From a virus: a stretch of DNA of 64,000 nucleotides. Positions 45,052 to 53,591 of the stretch are shown here, piece by piece (positions within the stretch are counted from its first letter, which is position 1; every line of letters starts with the position of its first letter). A model generated the notes under the pieces. It was not told where the DNA came from. It worked only from the letters and a program-made list of their open reading frames with translations, and searched no databases. Made by a program: the position numbers and the translations under genes. The stretch is from positions 1 to 64,000 of the IMG/VR virus record IMGVR_UViG_3300017593_000751; one strand, written 5' to 3'.

Positions 45052-45143
45052 GTCATAGAACAGCACACAACAAGAGCCGTCGTAGGCGCAAGGTAGGCAG
45101 AAAGAAGCGCAGGGCCAGAAGGAAAGCGAAAGGGAAGCCATGA
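45048..45143 (+). CDS. 31-aa highly basic peptide
   Basis: MSHRTAHNKSRRRRKVGRKKRRARRKAKGKP; ATGA overlaps at both ends. Confidence 0.65.
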   Translation: MSHRTAHNKSRRRRKVGRKKRRARRKAKGKP

Positions 45144-45919
45144 TATATGCTCTAGCTATTTCAACTCGCGGAGAGGAACGAATCAACTTATTGAGGACTT
45201 GGCTGCCCTCTTTGCTTCGCCAAACGCTCAAGCCTGATTTGATTTTGCTGGTGAACAACAACGACGCCATATCGGACATGGACTTGTTGAACATGGTATC
45301 AAAGGACCATCGCCCGCGTCTGCCCATAGAGGTCAGGAGCAACGTGGACCGCACGCCCAGCGACGCCGCAGGTTCGCAGCTGGCCTTGGAGGTTCTTGGC
45401 GAAGCCTATCCCGTCATCGTCAAATGGGATGATGATTTGGTGCCTATGGTGGACGATTGCATGGAGAGGTTGGTTTCGTTGGTTTACGCGGGCTTCGCCG
45501 CAGCCGGGGGGATGTACTATCGGCTGCTGGACAAAGCCAGGTCGTTGATGGGGCCGAACGGTCCTGCCTCTGGCGACAAGAACGATAATCATCTTCAGTT
45601 CTTCCGGTGGTCCGGTCATCATACGTTGATTCGCAGAAGGCACCTGTATTCGTCCTTCGCCTACGATGCTCGGCTCGCCCGCGAAATCGGCGGGTTCTGC
45701 GTAGAGTATTCACAGCTCAGCTATCGTCACGAAACGGACTTCACCCTTCGTTTGAATAAAGCTCGGCCCGGTTTGGTGGTGGATACCGCGGCGGAGGCTT
45801 TACACTTGGTGGCCCAAGGTGGGGTCCGCGAGTTCTCGCGGGCTTGTTACCAGGAAATGGCCAAAAAGGACCAGGCCCTCTTTCAAAAACGAATGAAGGC
45901 CGAAGGAATCAAGGTATAG
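45140..45919 (+). CDS. glycosyltransferase, GT2-like
   Basis: QTLKPD, WDDD, IGGF...ETDFTLRL. Confidence 0.85.
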   Translation: MIYALAISTRGEERINLLRTWLPSLLRQTLKPDLILLVNNNDAISDMDLLNMVSKDHRPRLPIEVRSNVDRTPSDAAGSQLALEVLGEAYPVIVKWDDDLVPMVDDCMERLVSLVYAGFAAAGGMYYRLLDKARSLMGPNGPASGDKNDNHLQFFRWSGHHTLIRRRHLYSSFAYDARLAREIGGFCVEYSQLSYRHETDFTLRLNKARPGLVVDTAAEALHLVAQGGVREFSRACYQEMAKKDQALFQKRMKAEGIKV

Positions 45920-45928
45920 GAGACCACG

Positions 45929-47038
45929 ATGTATCTAGCCGTGTTGGTCAGTCCGGAGAACCCTTGCCCACCTACCGCCTACGGAGGGGCGGAGCGGCGG
46001 GCGGCCATTATCGTGGAACGGCTTTTAGAGCAAGGCCATGCTGTGGATTTGTACTGCGGGCCGAACAGCCGACAACACGCCACGCGGCGGTTCTTGGCGT
46101 CGTCGCCTTCTATGAGCAAACAAGAGGAATATCTACGGGAATTGTTTAGATTAAGCTGTCTAAACTTCCGCTACGATTGCTGCATTGACTTAACGCCTCA
46201 TCATATAGTTAGCTCCCTCGGCTGCCCCCCTTACCTTTCCTCGGCTGACTTGGAAAAGCCTTATCCCGTTGTCAGCATCATGGGCGGGGACCCGCTGAAG
46301 AAGTATCCGCACGATGAGGTTCGTAACCGCGTCTATGTCAGTAGAGAGTTCGCCGAGTTCTGCGGCTGTCCGGACCATCCGGTGCTTCATAACGTGGTTC
46401 ACCCCGCTCCCGAGGCTATTCCCCTGGGCAAGGGCGGGGGCGGATATGCCCTATATGTGGGCGTGGTTCGCCCGGAGAAGGGCGTGTTAGAAGCTGAACG
46501 GGCTTGCGCTTCCGTAGGGATTCCGCTGAAGGTGGCGGGGCCGATTAGGGACTTTGATTACTGGGACCGCTTCCGCGACCGCGTGGAATATCTAGGGATA
46601 TTGCCGAACAACGATGAAGTCCGCAGCGAGGTGTTCGGCAAGGCGGACGTGTTCGTATATGCTCCGTTGTGGTGCGATGCTGGCCCCTTGGCCCCGATGG
46701 AAGCCATGCTTTACGGGACGCCCGTGGCCGGCTTCGCTGTGGGCGGATTGGCCAGTGATGTGGAGGACGGCGTGGGGGGCTGGCTGGTGAGGGAAGGAAT
46801 CTTCGCCGAGGCGAAGCTGATGGAAGGCCCTCCAAACGCCAACGTCCGTACCAAAGAGGCCACGCGGCTTGAAATGTCGGCTGAGACAATACAGAGGCTG
46901 GCCGACGCAATAGAAAAGGCTTTGTTGGTAGAAAGGAAAGGAGTAAGGGAGAGCATCTTGCCGAAGGTTGACCCGGAGCGGCATGTTGCCCAATTGATGC
47001 GGTTGGTGACCCGGGCCGCTAAAGGGGAGGAGTGGTAA
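45929..47038 (+). CDS. glycosyltransferase, GT4-like
   Basis: PP.AYGGAER, PEKG, PMEAM.YGTPV. Confidence 0.9.
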   Translation: MYLAVLVSPENPCPPTAYGGAERRAAIIVERLLEQGHAVDLYCGPNSRQHATRRFLASSPSMSKQEEYLRELFRLSCLNFRYDCCIDLTPHHIVSSLGCPPYLSSADLEKPYPVVSIMGGDPLKKYPHDEVRNRVYVSREFAEFCGCPDHPVLHNVVHPAPEAIPLGKGGGGYALYVGVVRPEKGVLEAERACASVGIPLKVAGPIRDFDYWDRFRDRVEYLGILPNNDEVRSEVFGKADVFVYAPLWCDAGPLAPMEAMLYGTPVAGFAVGGLASDVEDGVGGWLVREGIFAEAKLMEGPPNANVRTKEATRLEMSAETIQRLADAIEKALLVERKGVRESILPKVDPERHVAQLMRLVTRAAKGEEW

Positions 47039-47041
47039 TAC

Positions 47042-47884
47042 ATGGCAAAGACGATTTGGTTTACTGGGTTGCCCTGTTCAGGCAAAACGACCATTGCCAA
47101 GGCCCTTCAGAGACTAGTCGGCGGGTGTCTATTAGATGGGGATGAAGTAAGGCTCAGCCCTTTGAGCTTCGACGCCGACTTCTCGCCAGAAGGACGACGA
47201 AAACACCTAAGGCGAGTGGCCTATGTGGCCAAGCTATTGAACGACCACGGAGTCAACGTATTTGCTGCCTTTGTTTCACCTTCGGAATCCGTCCGCCAAG
47301 AGGTCCGAGATATTATTGGGGCTTCGCGGTTCCGGCTTGTGTATGTAAACACTCCAGCGGAGATTTGTGAACAGCGCGATACACGAGGGCTGTGGGCCAA
47401 GGCCCGGCGGGGTGAAATCAAAAACTTTACCGGCGTTGATGCCCCCTACGAAGCCCCGACCAAAAATATGAGGGAAGAAAACACGGAGAGATGTTCGGCG
47501 GAGGAAATAGCCAATAGGCTATATCACGTTTATTTTTATCCTTACCATCATCCCGCTTCTTTGTTCATAGGCCGCTTCCAGCCCTTCCATGAAGGGCACG
47601 AAAAGCTTATCCGGTCAGTGTTGGACGAAGGGCGGGACGTGGTGGTGGCCGTTCGTGATACAAGATTGGACGAAGACAACCCCTATACCGCGCAGGAACG
47701 CGTGGAAATGGTCAAAGAACGATTCGCCGCTGAGATATATCAGGAAAGGCTTCGCGTTATCGTCATGCCCGACATTGACGAAGTTTGTTACGGCAGGCGC
47801 GTGGGCTGGCGGGTAAGGGAGATTCGTCTGGACCCGGAGACAGAGGCCATTAGTGCCACAAAAATAAGGGAGAGACAGAAATGA
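47042..47884 (+). CDS. cysC: adenylyl-sulfate (APS) kinase fused to HIGH-type nucleotidyltransferase
   Basis: WFTGLPCSGKTT, LDGDEVR, FTGVDAPYEAP; then FIGRFQPFHEGH...DNPY...ISATKIR. Confidence 0.9.
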   Translation: MAKTIWFTGLPCSGKTTIAKALQRLVGGCLLDGDEVRLSPLSFDADFSPEGRRKHLRRVAYVAKLLNDHGVNVFAAFVSPSESVRQEVRDIIGASRFRLVYVNTPAEICEQRDTRGLWAKARRGEIKNFTGVDAPYEAPTKNMREENTERCSAEEIANRLYHVYFYPYHHPASLFIGRFQPFHEGHEKLIRSVLDEGRDVVVAVRDTRLDEDNPYTAQERVEMVKERFAAEIYQERLRVIVMPDIDEVCYGRRVGWRVREIRLDPETEAISATKIRERQK

Positions 47885-48645
47885 CTAGATATGCCTATTA
47901 CGTTTATCTGCCCGACCCGCGCCAACGATACGCCTTTGACGATGTAGGGACCAAAGCTCTCCGAAGTCTGTCTTTACACTGCCCCGGTACGGAAGTAGTT
48001 CTTCTTTGTTGGGAACCTCCTCCTTCGGCTTTGTTGGCTGCCTCAAAAGCTGGCAGAGCCACAACGATAATTTGGGGGTGGGACCGTAAACTGTTGATGG
48101 CGGAGAAAATAACGCGGCTGGCAGAGTTCCCTTGGAAAAAAGGCGATGAGGTTTTCGTGATAGATTTGGACGTGTTAGTGCAAGACAACCTGTTCGCGGC
48201 CTTCCATCAATATCCGGATGCTGACGTGTTCGTAACGACGCGGTTTTACGAATACGAGCATCCCATCAATGCAGGAGTGTGGGGGTTCCGTTTCAATGAC
48301 CGGACGAACGCCTTTTTAAAACATTACGCCGACCAAGCGTTTGACCCGACTTGGCCTCCTTTCCGGTCTTATCAAGAAAAGTTCGGACATCTGGAGGACC
48401 GGGGTTGGTGGTGTGACCAAGACTATTTGTGTGCTCTTTGGCGTGAGGTCAAAGCGAATCGGCCTACGCCCGGCGACGTTCGCATAGTGGATTTAGGGCC
48501 GAAATATAATTGGTGTCCTAGTCAACAAGACTTGGGGGGAACGAAAAAGGACATAGAAGATATCCTGAGTAAGGTAGGAAACAAAGAGTATAAAGCCCTC
48601 CATTTCAAGGGGGTAATCAAATGGATAATGCCAGACCCAAAGTAA
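47881..48645 (+). CDS. GT-A fold nucleotide-diphospho-sugar transferase
   Basis: IDLDV, INAGV, DQ, YNW, LHFKG. Confidence 0.8.
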   Translation: MTRYAYYVYLPDPRQRYAFDDVGTKALRSLSLHCPGTEVVLLCWEPPPSALLAASKAGRATTIIWGWDRKLLMAEKITRLAEFPWKKGDEVFVIDLDVLVQDNLFAAFHQYPDADVFVTTRFYEYEHPINAGVWGFRFNDRTNAFLKHYADQAFDPTWPPFRSYQEKFGHLEDRGWWCDQDYLCALWREVKANRPTPGDVRIVDLGPKYNWCPSQQDLGGTKKDIEDILSKVGNKEYKALHFKGVIKWIMPDPK

Positions 48646-49382
48646 TTGATATTGAAAAACACTCTCAGGTAGTCAAGGTCGTGGTTCTGGCCCAGTTCGG
48701 CGAGAGGGCGGGCGTTTTAGAACCAACCCTGTCAGACGCGAGGCTGGCCTTCCCCAGGGCCAAGGTTGTGTTATTCTCGGACCGTAAAGCTCCTGTCCCT
48801 CCCGGCGTTGACGAATACCGATATGTGCCTCCCATAAAGGAGCTAGGAGGAAAGGACCATCCCCGTTATGGCTATCGAATGAATGACTATTACAAAATAA
48901 AAGGGCTGTTGACCACAGACGACGGCTCCCGTCCTGGAGTGGCGGTGGCTTTGGATGCAGACATGGAAATAGCCTTTTTCTCGGCTTTCCGTACGATAGG
49001 CTTTTTAGCTCATCGTTTTGGTTTGGTCCTGCCTTCCAACCCCCGTGGCACCGCCGTCCGAGACACTTTGACAGGGGCGGATTCAGACAAAAAGGTGGAC
49101 AATCCGTACTATTACGGGCCGGCGGTCAACATGACGCCCATCGCATTTGATTGGGGCAACGAGCGGGCGGAGCAATTGCTGAACACCTATTTGGACGAAA
49201 TGCTCAGCCGTCCGGTTCGCGGTCCTCTAGCCATGTGGCGGGCTATTTGCAAGACCGGCTTTATGCCTTGCCTGTTGCCTCCGCAATGGTGCGTGTGTGC
49301 GGAGAACGTCGGCATAGGCGGAGAGATTTGTTTGCATGTAGGACACGGGAAAGTAAGGGCATATTATAGCGGGGAGAAGTGA
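48621..49382 (+). CDS. GT-A fold glycosyltransferase-like protein
   Basis: LDADM, LLPPQWC, LHVGH. Confidence 0.6.
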   Translation: MDNARPKVIDIEKHSQVVKVVVLAQFGERAGVLEPTLSDARLAFPRAKVVLFSDRKAPVPPGVDEYRYVPPIKELGGKDHPRYGYRMNDYYKIKGLLTTDDGSRPGVAVALDADMEIAFFSAFRTIGFLAHRFGLVLPSNPRGTAVRDTLTGADSDKKVDNPYYYGPAVNMTPIAFDWGNERAEQLLNTYLDEMLSRPVRGPLAMWRAICKTGFMPCLLPPQWCVCAENVGIGGEICLHVGHGKVRAYYSGEK

Positions 49383-50098
49383 TGAAAGTCATAGTTGCCG
49401 CGTCAATTGGTAAGTGCGCTTCCACCGCCGGATTCAATCTATTGCGGCGGATGTTGATGCGCGTGGGCTCGGTCCTGTCCGGCCCTTGGAGACATTCGGA
49501 CACGCCTTCGCCCCGAACGTTCCGCTCTTGGCTGGCGGGGAACAAGCGGGTTTTTCGGTTTGACCCCCGTTGCGATTTCAACTTGGTCAAGGTGCACCAA
49601 TACGATGTAGAGCTGGCCGAAGCCGCCTCTTTTGTCCTTCTTCAAACGCGGACCTTGTATGACGTCATGGCCTCCGAGAAGCGGGAGAACGGCCCGGGGT
49701 ATTGGCAAGACCTTGACGAGTTCCGCGAACATGTGGAATGGAAGATAGACATTTATAAACAGTGGAGACCTCAAGCTAATGTCGTAATTCCCTATTGGTT
49801 ATGGCGAAGAGGGCCGACTTTTTGTGCCAAAGGTTTGGCCGGGGCCTTGGCCAGAACTCTGGATTTGCCTTTTGAGGCCTTAGATTGGAGAGGAGCGCTG
49901 CGATTTGTGGAAGACCTCCACGCTGGCCGGGCCAACGAAAAAGGCTCGTTGTGGTCGCCAAGGATGAACCGCGTCGGCGGAGTAGAGGGTACCGGACAAA
50001 AGGAACTCACCGATGCGGAGAAACAAGTGATAGAAACCGTGGCCAACGAATACGAAAGGACAGCCCGTGAAGATATTGATGGTCTTGGCACACCCTGA
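49379..50098 (+). CDS. sulfotransferase-like protein
   Basis: 5'-PSB-like GKCASTAGFNLL, VKVH, 3'-PB-like RTLYDVMAS. Confidence 0.7.
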   Translation: MMKVIVAASIGKCASTAGFNLLRRMLMRVGSVLSGPWRHSDTPSPRTFRSWLAGNKRVFRFDPRCDFNLVKVHQYDVELAEAASFVLLQTRTLYDVMASEKRENGPGYWQDLDEFREHVEWKIDIYKQWRPQANVVIPYWLWRRGPTFCAKGLAGALARTLDLPFEALDWRGALRFVEDLHAGRANEKGSLWSPRMNRVGGVEGTGQKELTDAEKQVIETVANEYERTAREDIDGLGTP

Positions 50099-50684
50099 CG
50101 ATGAAGTCATCTTCGGTTGGCCCATCCTCCAGGGGACACGGAAAGGCTGGCCTTATTCGGTTCATCAAACCAGCCTGCTTGTTTGTAGCAGCGACCGTCA
50201 TAACCCGGACCGTCAATGGTGCGCCCGGAGAACGGAAGGGCTGTTGGCTCTAAGCGAGTGGTTGGGTATTGAAGTCTCTTTCCTGGACTACAATAGTGAG
50301 TTCTACCGATTGGAGAGTCGAAAGGGGAGCCTGGCCAGGTTCCGGGAAGAAGTTGAGGAAAGGATAAGAGAAAACAACCCCGACATTTGTTTCACTCACA
50401 ACCCTTTCGGCGAGTACGGCCATATGGACCATATTCTCGTTCATAACGTCGTGGCTGGTTATTTTCACCGGCCTGTATGGTACACTGATATTGTTCAAGC
50501 CTCCAATTGGAGTCGGAAGGTCCCCCGAAGCCAAGCCGCCCGCGACCGATGGTTCGGACGTAAAGTATTTGAAGCGGAGCTTAACGAAGAATGGGCAGCC
50601 AAAGCCCAGGAGTTCTATTTGAAGATAGGTTGCTGGACGTGGGACCGGCCTATTGTACGAAGGGCTTCTGTCTGTGAGGTATGA
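50067..50684 (+). CDS. PIG-L/LmbE family deacetylase
   Basis: AHPDDE, THNPFGEYGHMDH. Confidence 0.9.
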   Translation: MKILMVLAHPDDEVIFGWPILQGTRKGWPYSVHQTSLLVCSSDRHNPDRQWCARRTEGLLALSEWLGIEVSFLDYNSEFYRLESRKGSLARFREEVEERIRENNPDICFTHNPFGEYGHMDHILVHNVVAGYFHRPVWYTDIVQASNWSRKVPRSQAARDRWFGRKVFEAELNEEWAAKAQEFYLKIGCWTWDRPIVRRASVCEV

Positions 50685-50687
50685 CCA

Positions 50688-51134
50688 ATGAAAGAAGAAT
50701 TTAGTGATGTAGCGATGAGAGACAGATGGAGGCGAATTGCCCGGCGGCTGCGGGGCTCCTCCGTCTTGGATATAGGCTGTTCCTACGGTGACGGTGCGGA
50801 TTTCGTACCCGAAGGGATGAGCTACGAGGGCATAGACATAGACAAGAGTGGCGGGCGTCTGCCCAAAGAGGTTTGGCCCCGCCGCGCTGCTCCGAATCGG
50901 ACCTTTCGCGTCGCCGACTTCCGACAATACGTTCTAGGTCGGCACTGGGACACTATCGTGGTCTTGGAGGTCTTGGAACACTACGAGGACGGCAGAGGGT
51001 GGGCGCAGCGGCTCAAAGCCTTCTGTAATAGATTGATAATTTCAGTTCCAGAAAACAGGCGCGGGGCCGGGGAGGAACGCAACGGCCATGTGCTGCAAGG
51101 ACTGACGATTGAGGACTTCCCCGGGTTTCATTGA
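50688..51134 (+). CDS. class I SAM-dependent methyltransferase (possibly truncated)
   Basis: VLDIGCSYG, GIDID, EVLEH, IISVP. Confidence 0.8.
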   Translation: MKEEFSDVAMRDRWRRIARRLRGSSVLDIGCSYGDGADFVPEGMSYEGIDIDKSGGRLPKEVWPRRAAPNRTFRVADFRQYVLGRHWDTIVVLEVLEHYEDGRGWAQRLKAFCNRLIISVPENRRGAGEERNGHVLQGLTIEDFPGFH

Positions 51135-51190
51135 TTTGACGGTAACGGGTATTCCATGTTTTTGGTTTGGGACAAGGACGAGGAAAAAGA

Positions 51191-51679
51191 ATGAAATCAT
51201 CAAAACCGCTCCTATGGTGTGATTTAGATGGTACACTGAACGACTACGACGAAATAGTCTTCAAATATGCTAAAGGTCAAGCCATTTCGTCTGACTTTCA
51301 TTTAGCTCATGTAATGAAAGCCCTGCCCCGCGACGGGGCGAGAGAGGCCCTTGAGGCTTTCCACGACCAAGGGTGGCACATAAATATCTTTACTTCCCGT
51401 GGGTTCCCCGACGCCGAAAAGCTTACTGCGGATTGGCTCAACCTGCATGGGTTCGTCTTTGACGAAATCCAATGCGTAGGTTCAATGAGGGCCAAGCCCT
51501 GCGCCTTGGAAGAAGGCTCCCCCGATTTGTTTATCGACGATTTCATGACGGGGCAAGAATACCGGACCCCGACCTTTCTGGTTGATGTGTATCTTGCATG
51601 CTTGAACACGGGGGTAGAAGTGGTGGTGTTCCGCAACAATTGGCACGATATAGTTAGAAGGATTCTGAGTGTTTCGTAG
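51191..51679 (+). CDS. HAD-superfamily phosphatase (5'-nucleotidase-like)
   Basis: DLDGTL, FTSR, K, FIDD. Confidence 0.8.
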   Translation: MKSSKPLLWCDLDGTLNDYDEIVFKYAKGQAISSDFHLAHVMKALPRDGAREALEAFHDQGWHINIFTSRGFPDAEKLTADWLNLHGFVFDEIQCVGSMRAKPCALEEGSPDLFIDDFMTGQEYRTPTFLVDVYLACLNTGVEVVVFRNNWHDIVRRILSVS

Positions 51680-51689
51680 GGAGAAAGAC

Positions 51690-52265
51690 ATGAGCTTTCG
51701 TTACAGCCCGGACTGGTACGAAAATGTATATCATGCGGCCAAAAAAGAAGACCCCAGCTATAAACCGCCCGAGATAGGCGACCATCCCGACAGAGACCTA
51801 GCTTGTCTGACCGCCGCCAGGCTCCGACCCGAGCACGAAGTCCTCATTCTTGGTTGTGGCGGGGGAAACAATCTAGTCCAGCTGGCCAAGATTTATCCCG
51901 AGGTCAAAAAGATAACGGCCATTGATTTCGCCCCCTCCGCTGTAAGATATTGTAAGTTTCACTTCCCTTACATCCGGGCGGAGGTGGCCGATTGTTCCGA
52001 CCTGCCTTTTGACGACGATTCGTTTGACCGTGTTCTTTGTATGGACCTGACAGAGCATTTGCCGTTTGACCTGTACTTATTTACCTTGTTCGAGTCCCGT
52101 CGGGTTCTTCGTCAAGGAGGCAAACTCATTCTACTCCCGGGGATGACACGAAGACCGGAGCACATCAACCTTCTTCCGCTCAAGGTCATTGAGTTTCATT
52201 TGGTCAAGATGAGGTTTCGCATTGAACAAAACAACGGTATATGGATTATCGCTGTCAAGCCGTGA
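51690..52265 (+). CDS. class I SAM-dependent methyltransferase
   Basis: LGCGGG, IDFA, LPFDDDSFD, EHL, RVLRQGG. Confidence 0.85.
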   Translation: MSFRYSPDWYENVYHAAKKEDPSYKPPEIGDHPDRDLACLTAARLRPEHEVLILGCGGGNNLVQLAKIYPEVKKITAIDFAPSAVRYCKFHFPYIRAEVADCSDLPFDDDSFDRVLCMDLTEHLPFDLYLFTLFESRRVLRQGGKLILLPGMTRRPEHINLLPLKVIEFHLVKMRFRIEQNNGIWIIAVKP

Positions 52266-52471
52266 AGATTTTCAACTGCCAAATAAAACGCCCGCGAGGC
52301 CATTGCCGAGCTTGCCGCCGAAATGTAGCTCTCACCCTTCGCGGTCTTGTCTGGCGACACGGATATAATAAATCAGGCAGGCCGCCGTGTCCCGGCTCCG
52401 GCACGCCCGCCTTGTCTATCAAGCCCAGGTGGAGGCCCCTATGGACAGGCGACGACTCCGAAGCATCTTGA
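52262..52471 (+). CDS. small zinc-finger protein
   Basis: GHCRAC.......LVWRHG....CPGSG. Confidence 0.55.
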   Translation: MKIFNCQIKRPRGHCRACRRNVALTLRGLVWRHGYNKSGRPPCPGSGTPALSIKPRWRPLWTGDDSEAS

Positions 52472-53370
52472 CTGGCCTGAAGATAGAACATCGGGACTCC
52501 CGACGAGCTATAAACATCTGCTGTCCTTTCTGTCGCGGACGAACCCGGGGATTGCCCGATGACCGCTTCCGCTTGGGCATTTTTCCGGAATCCCTCCGCT
52601 ATTATTGCTTCCGCTGTCATCGCGTGGGTGGGTTGTTTGAAGTCTTGGAAGCCATAGCCGGTGTAACTGAAGCGGAGTTTCGGCGGCTGGTTGGAGGCCG
52701 GGCAAGAGAAGAGGGCGGAAGCTTGGCAGCCCGCATCCGCGCCAAGCTGTTCGGCGAAGAGGCGGAGGACCAAGAGGCCCCGCCGGTGTCCATGCCGGAA
52801 GGGCTGTCTGTATCTGAGGCCGCAAAGCAATACCCGGAGGTTCGCCGTTTCTTGCGGATTCGCCGGCTGTCAATAGACACATGCGAAGCCTACGGAGCTA
52901 TTTATACGGGCCGACTCGGCCCGAACGCTTATAGACTGGCCTGGCCGGTCCGCCGGGATGACGGCACCTTGGCCGCTTGGCAGGGCCGTGACGTAACGGG
53001 CAAGCTGAAGGCCAAGTATCATACCGAAGGACAAGTTAGCTCTATTTTGTATTGGGCCAAGGAATATGACCCCGCCGAGCCTTTATACATCGTGGAGGGC
53101 GTGTTTGATTGTTGGCGGATGGGGTGGAATGCGGCGGCCAGTTTTACCAATCGTCTTAGCACGGCCCAGACAAGGCGGCTGTTGTCTCTCCAGCCTGCCC
53201 CAGCAGCCGTCATAATAGCTTGGGATTGGGATAGTTGGCATAAGGCCAAGGAGGCGGCCAGACAATTGGCCCCGTTGGTCCGGGCTGGCGCGGTTCGCTT
53301 GCCGGAAGGCGAGGACCCGGACAGTCTGGGGGCGGAGGCTGTGCGGAATCTGGAGGTGTGGTGGGCGTGA
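52441..53370 (+). CDS. dnaG: DNA primase (zinc finger + TOPRIM)
   Basis: CPFC...CFRC, WQGR, IVEGVFD, WDWD, EDPD. Confidence 0.85.
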   Translation: MDRRRLRSILTGLKIEHRDSRRAINICCPFCRGRTRGLPDDRFRLGIFPESLRYYCFRCHRVGGLFEVLEAIAGVTEAEFRRLVGGRAREEGGSLAARIRAKLFGEEAEDQEAPPVSMPEGLSVSEAAKQYPEVRRFLRIRRLSIDTCEAYGAIYTGRLGPNAYRLAWPVRRDDGTLAAWQGRDVTGKLKAKYHTEGQVSSILYWAKEYDPAEPLYIVEGVFDCWRMGWNAAASFTNRLSTAQTRRLLSLQPAPAAVIIAWDWDSWHKAKEAARQLAPLVRAGAVRLPEGEDPDSLGAEAVRNLEVWWA

Positions 53371-53591
53371 TTCGCCAGCCTAAAATAGGACAAAGGGTTC
53401 GCCTGTACTACGCCAAACGTTATGCTTGGCTTATGCCTTATCACGGCTGCGAAGGCAAGATAGTGGCCGTGGCTAGAGGCCCGGGACCTATCGACGCTGC
53501 CGTGAAGGTTCAAGGGAAATGCGTAATCGTTCCGCGAGGCAATTTGATACTGTTGGATAAAAGACGGGAGAGAAGGGCCAAGTTGTTTTGA
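53358..53591 (+). CDS. small SH3-like hypothetical protein
   Basis: PKIGQRVRL...HG..G.IV...IVPRGNL. Confidence 0.55.
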   Translation: MVGVIRQPKIGQRVRLYYAKRYAWLMPYHGCEGKIVAVARGPGPIDAAVKVQGKCVIVPRGNLILLDKRRERRAKLF

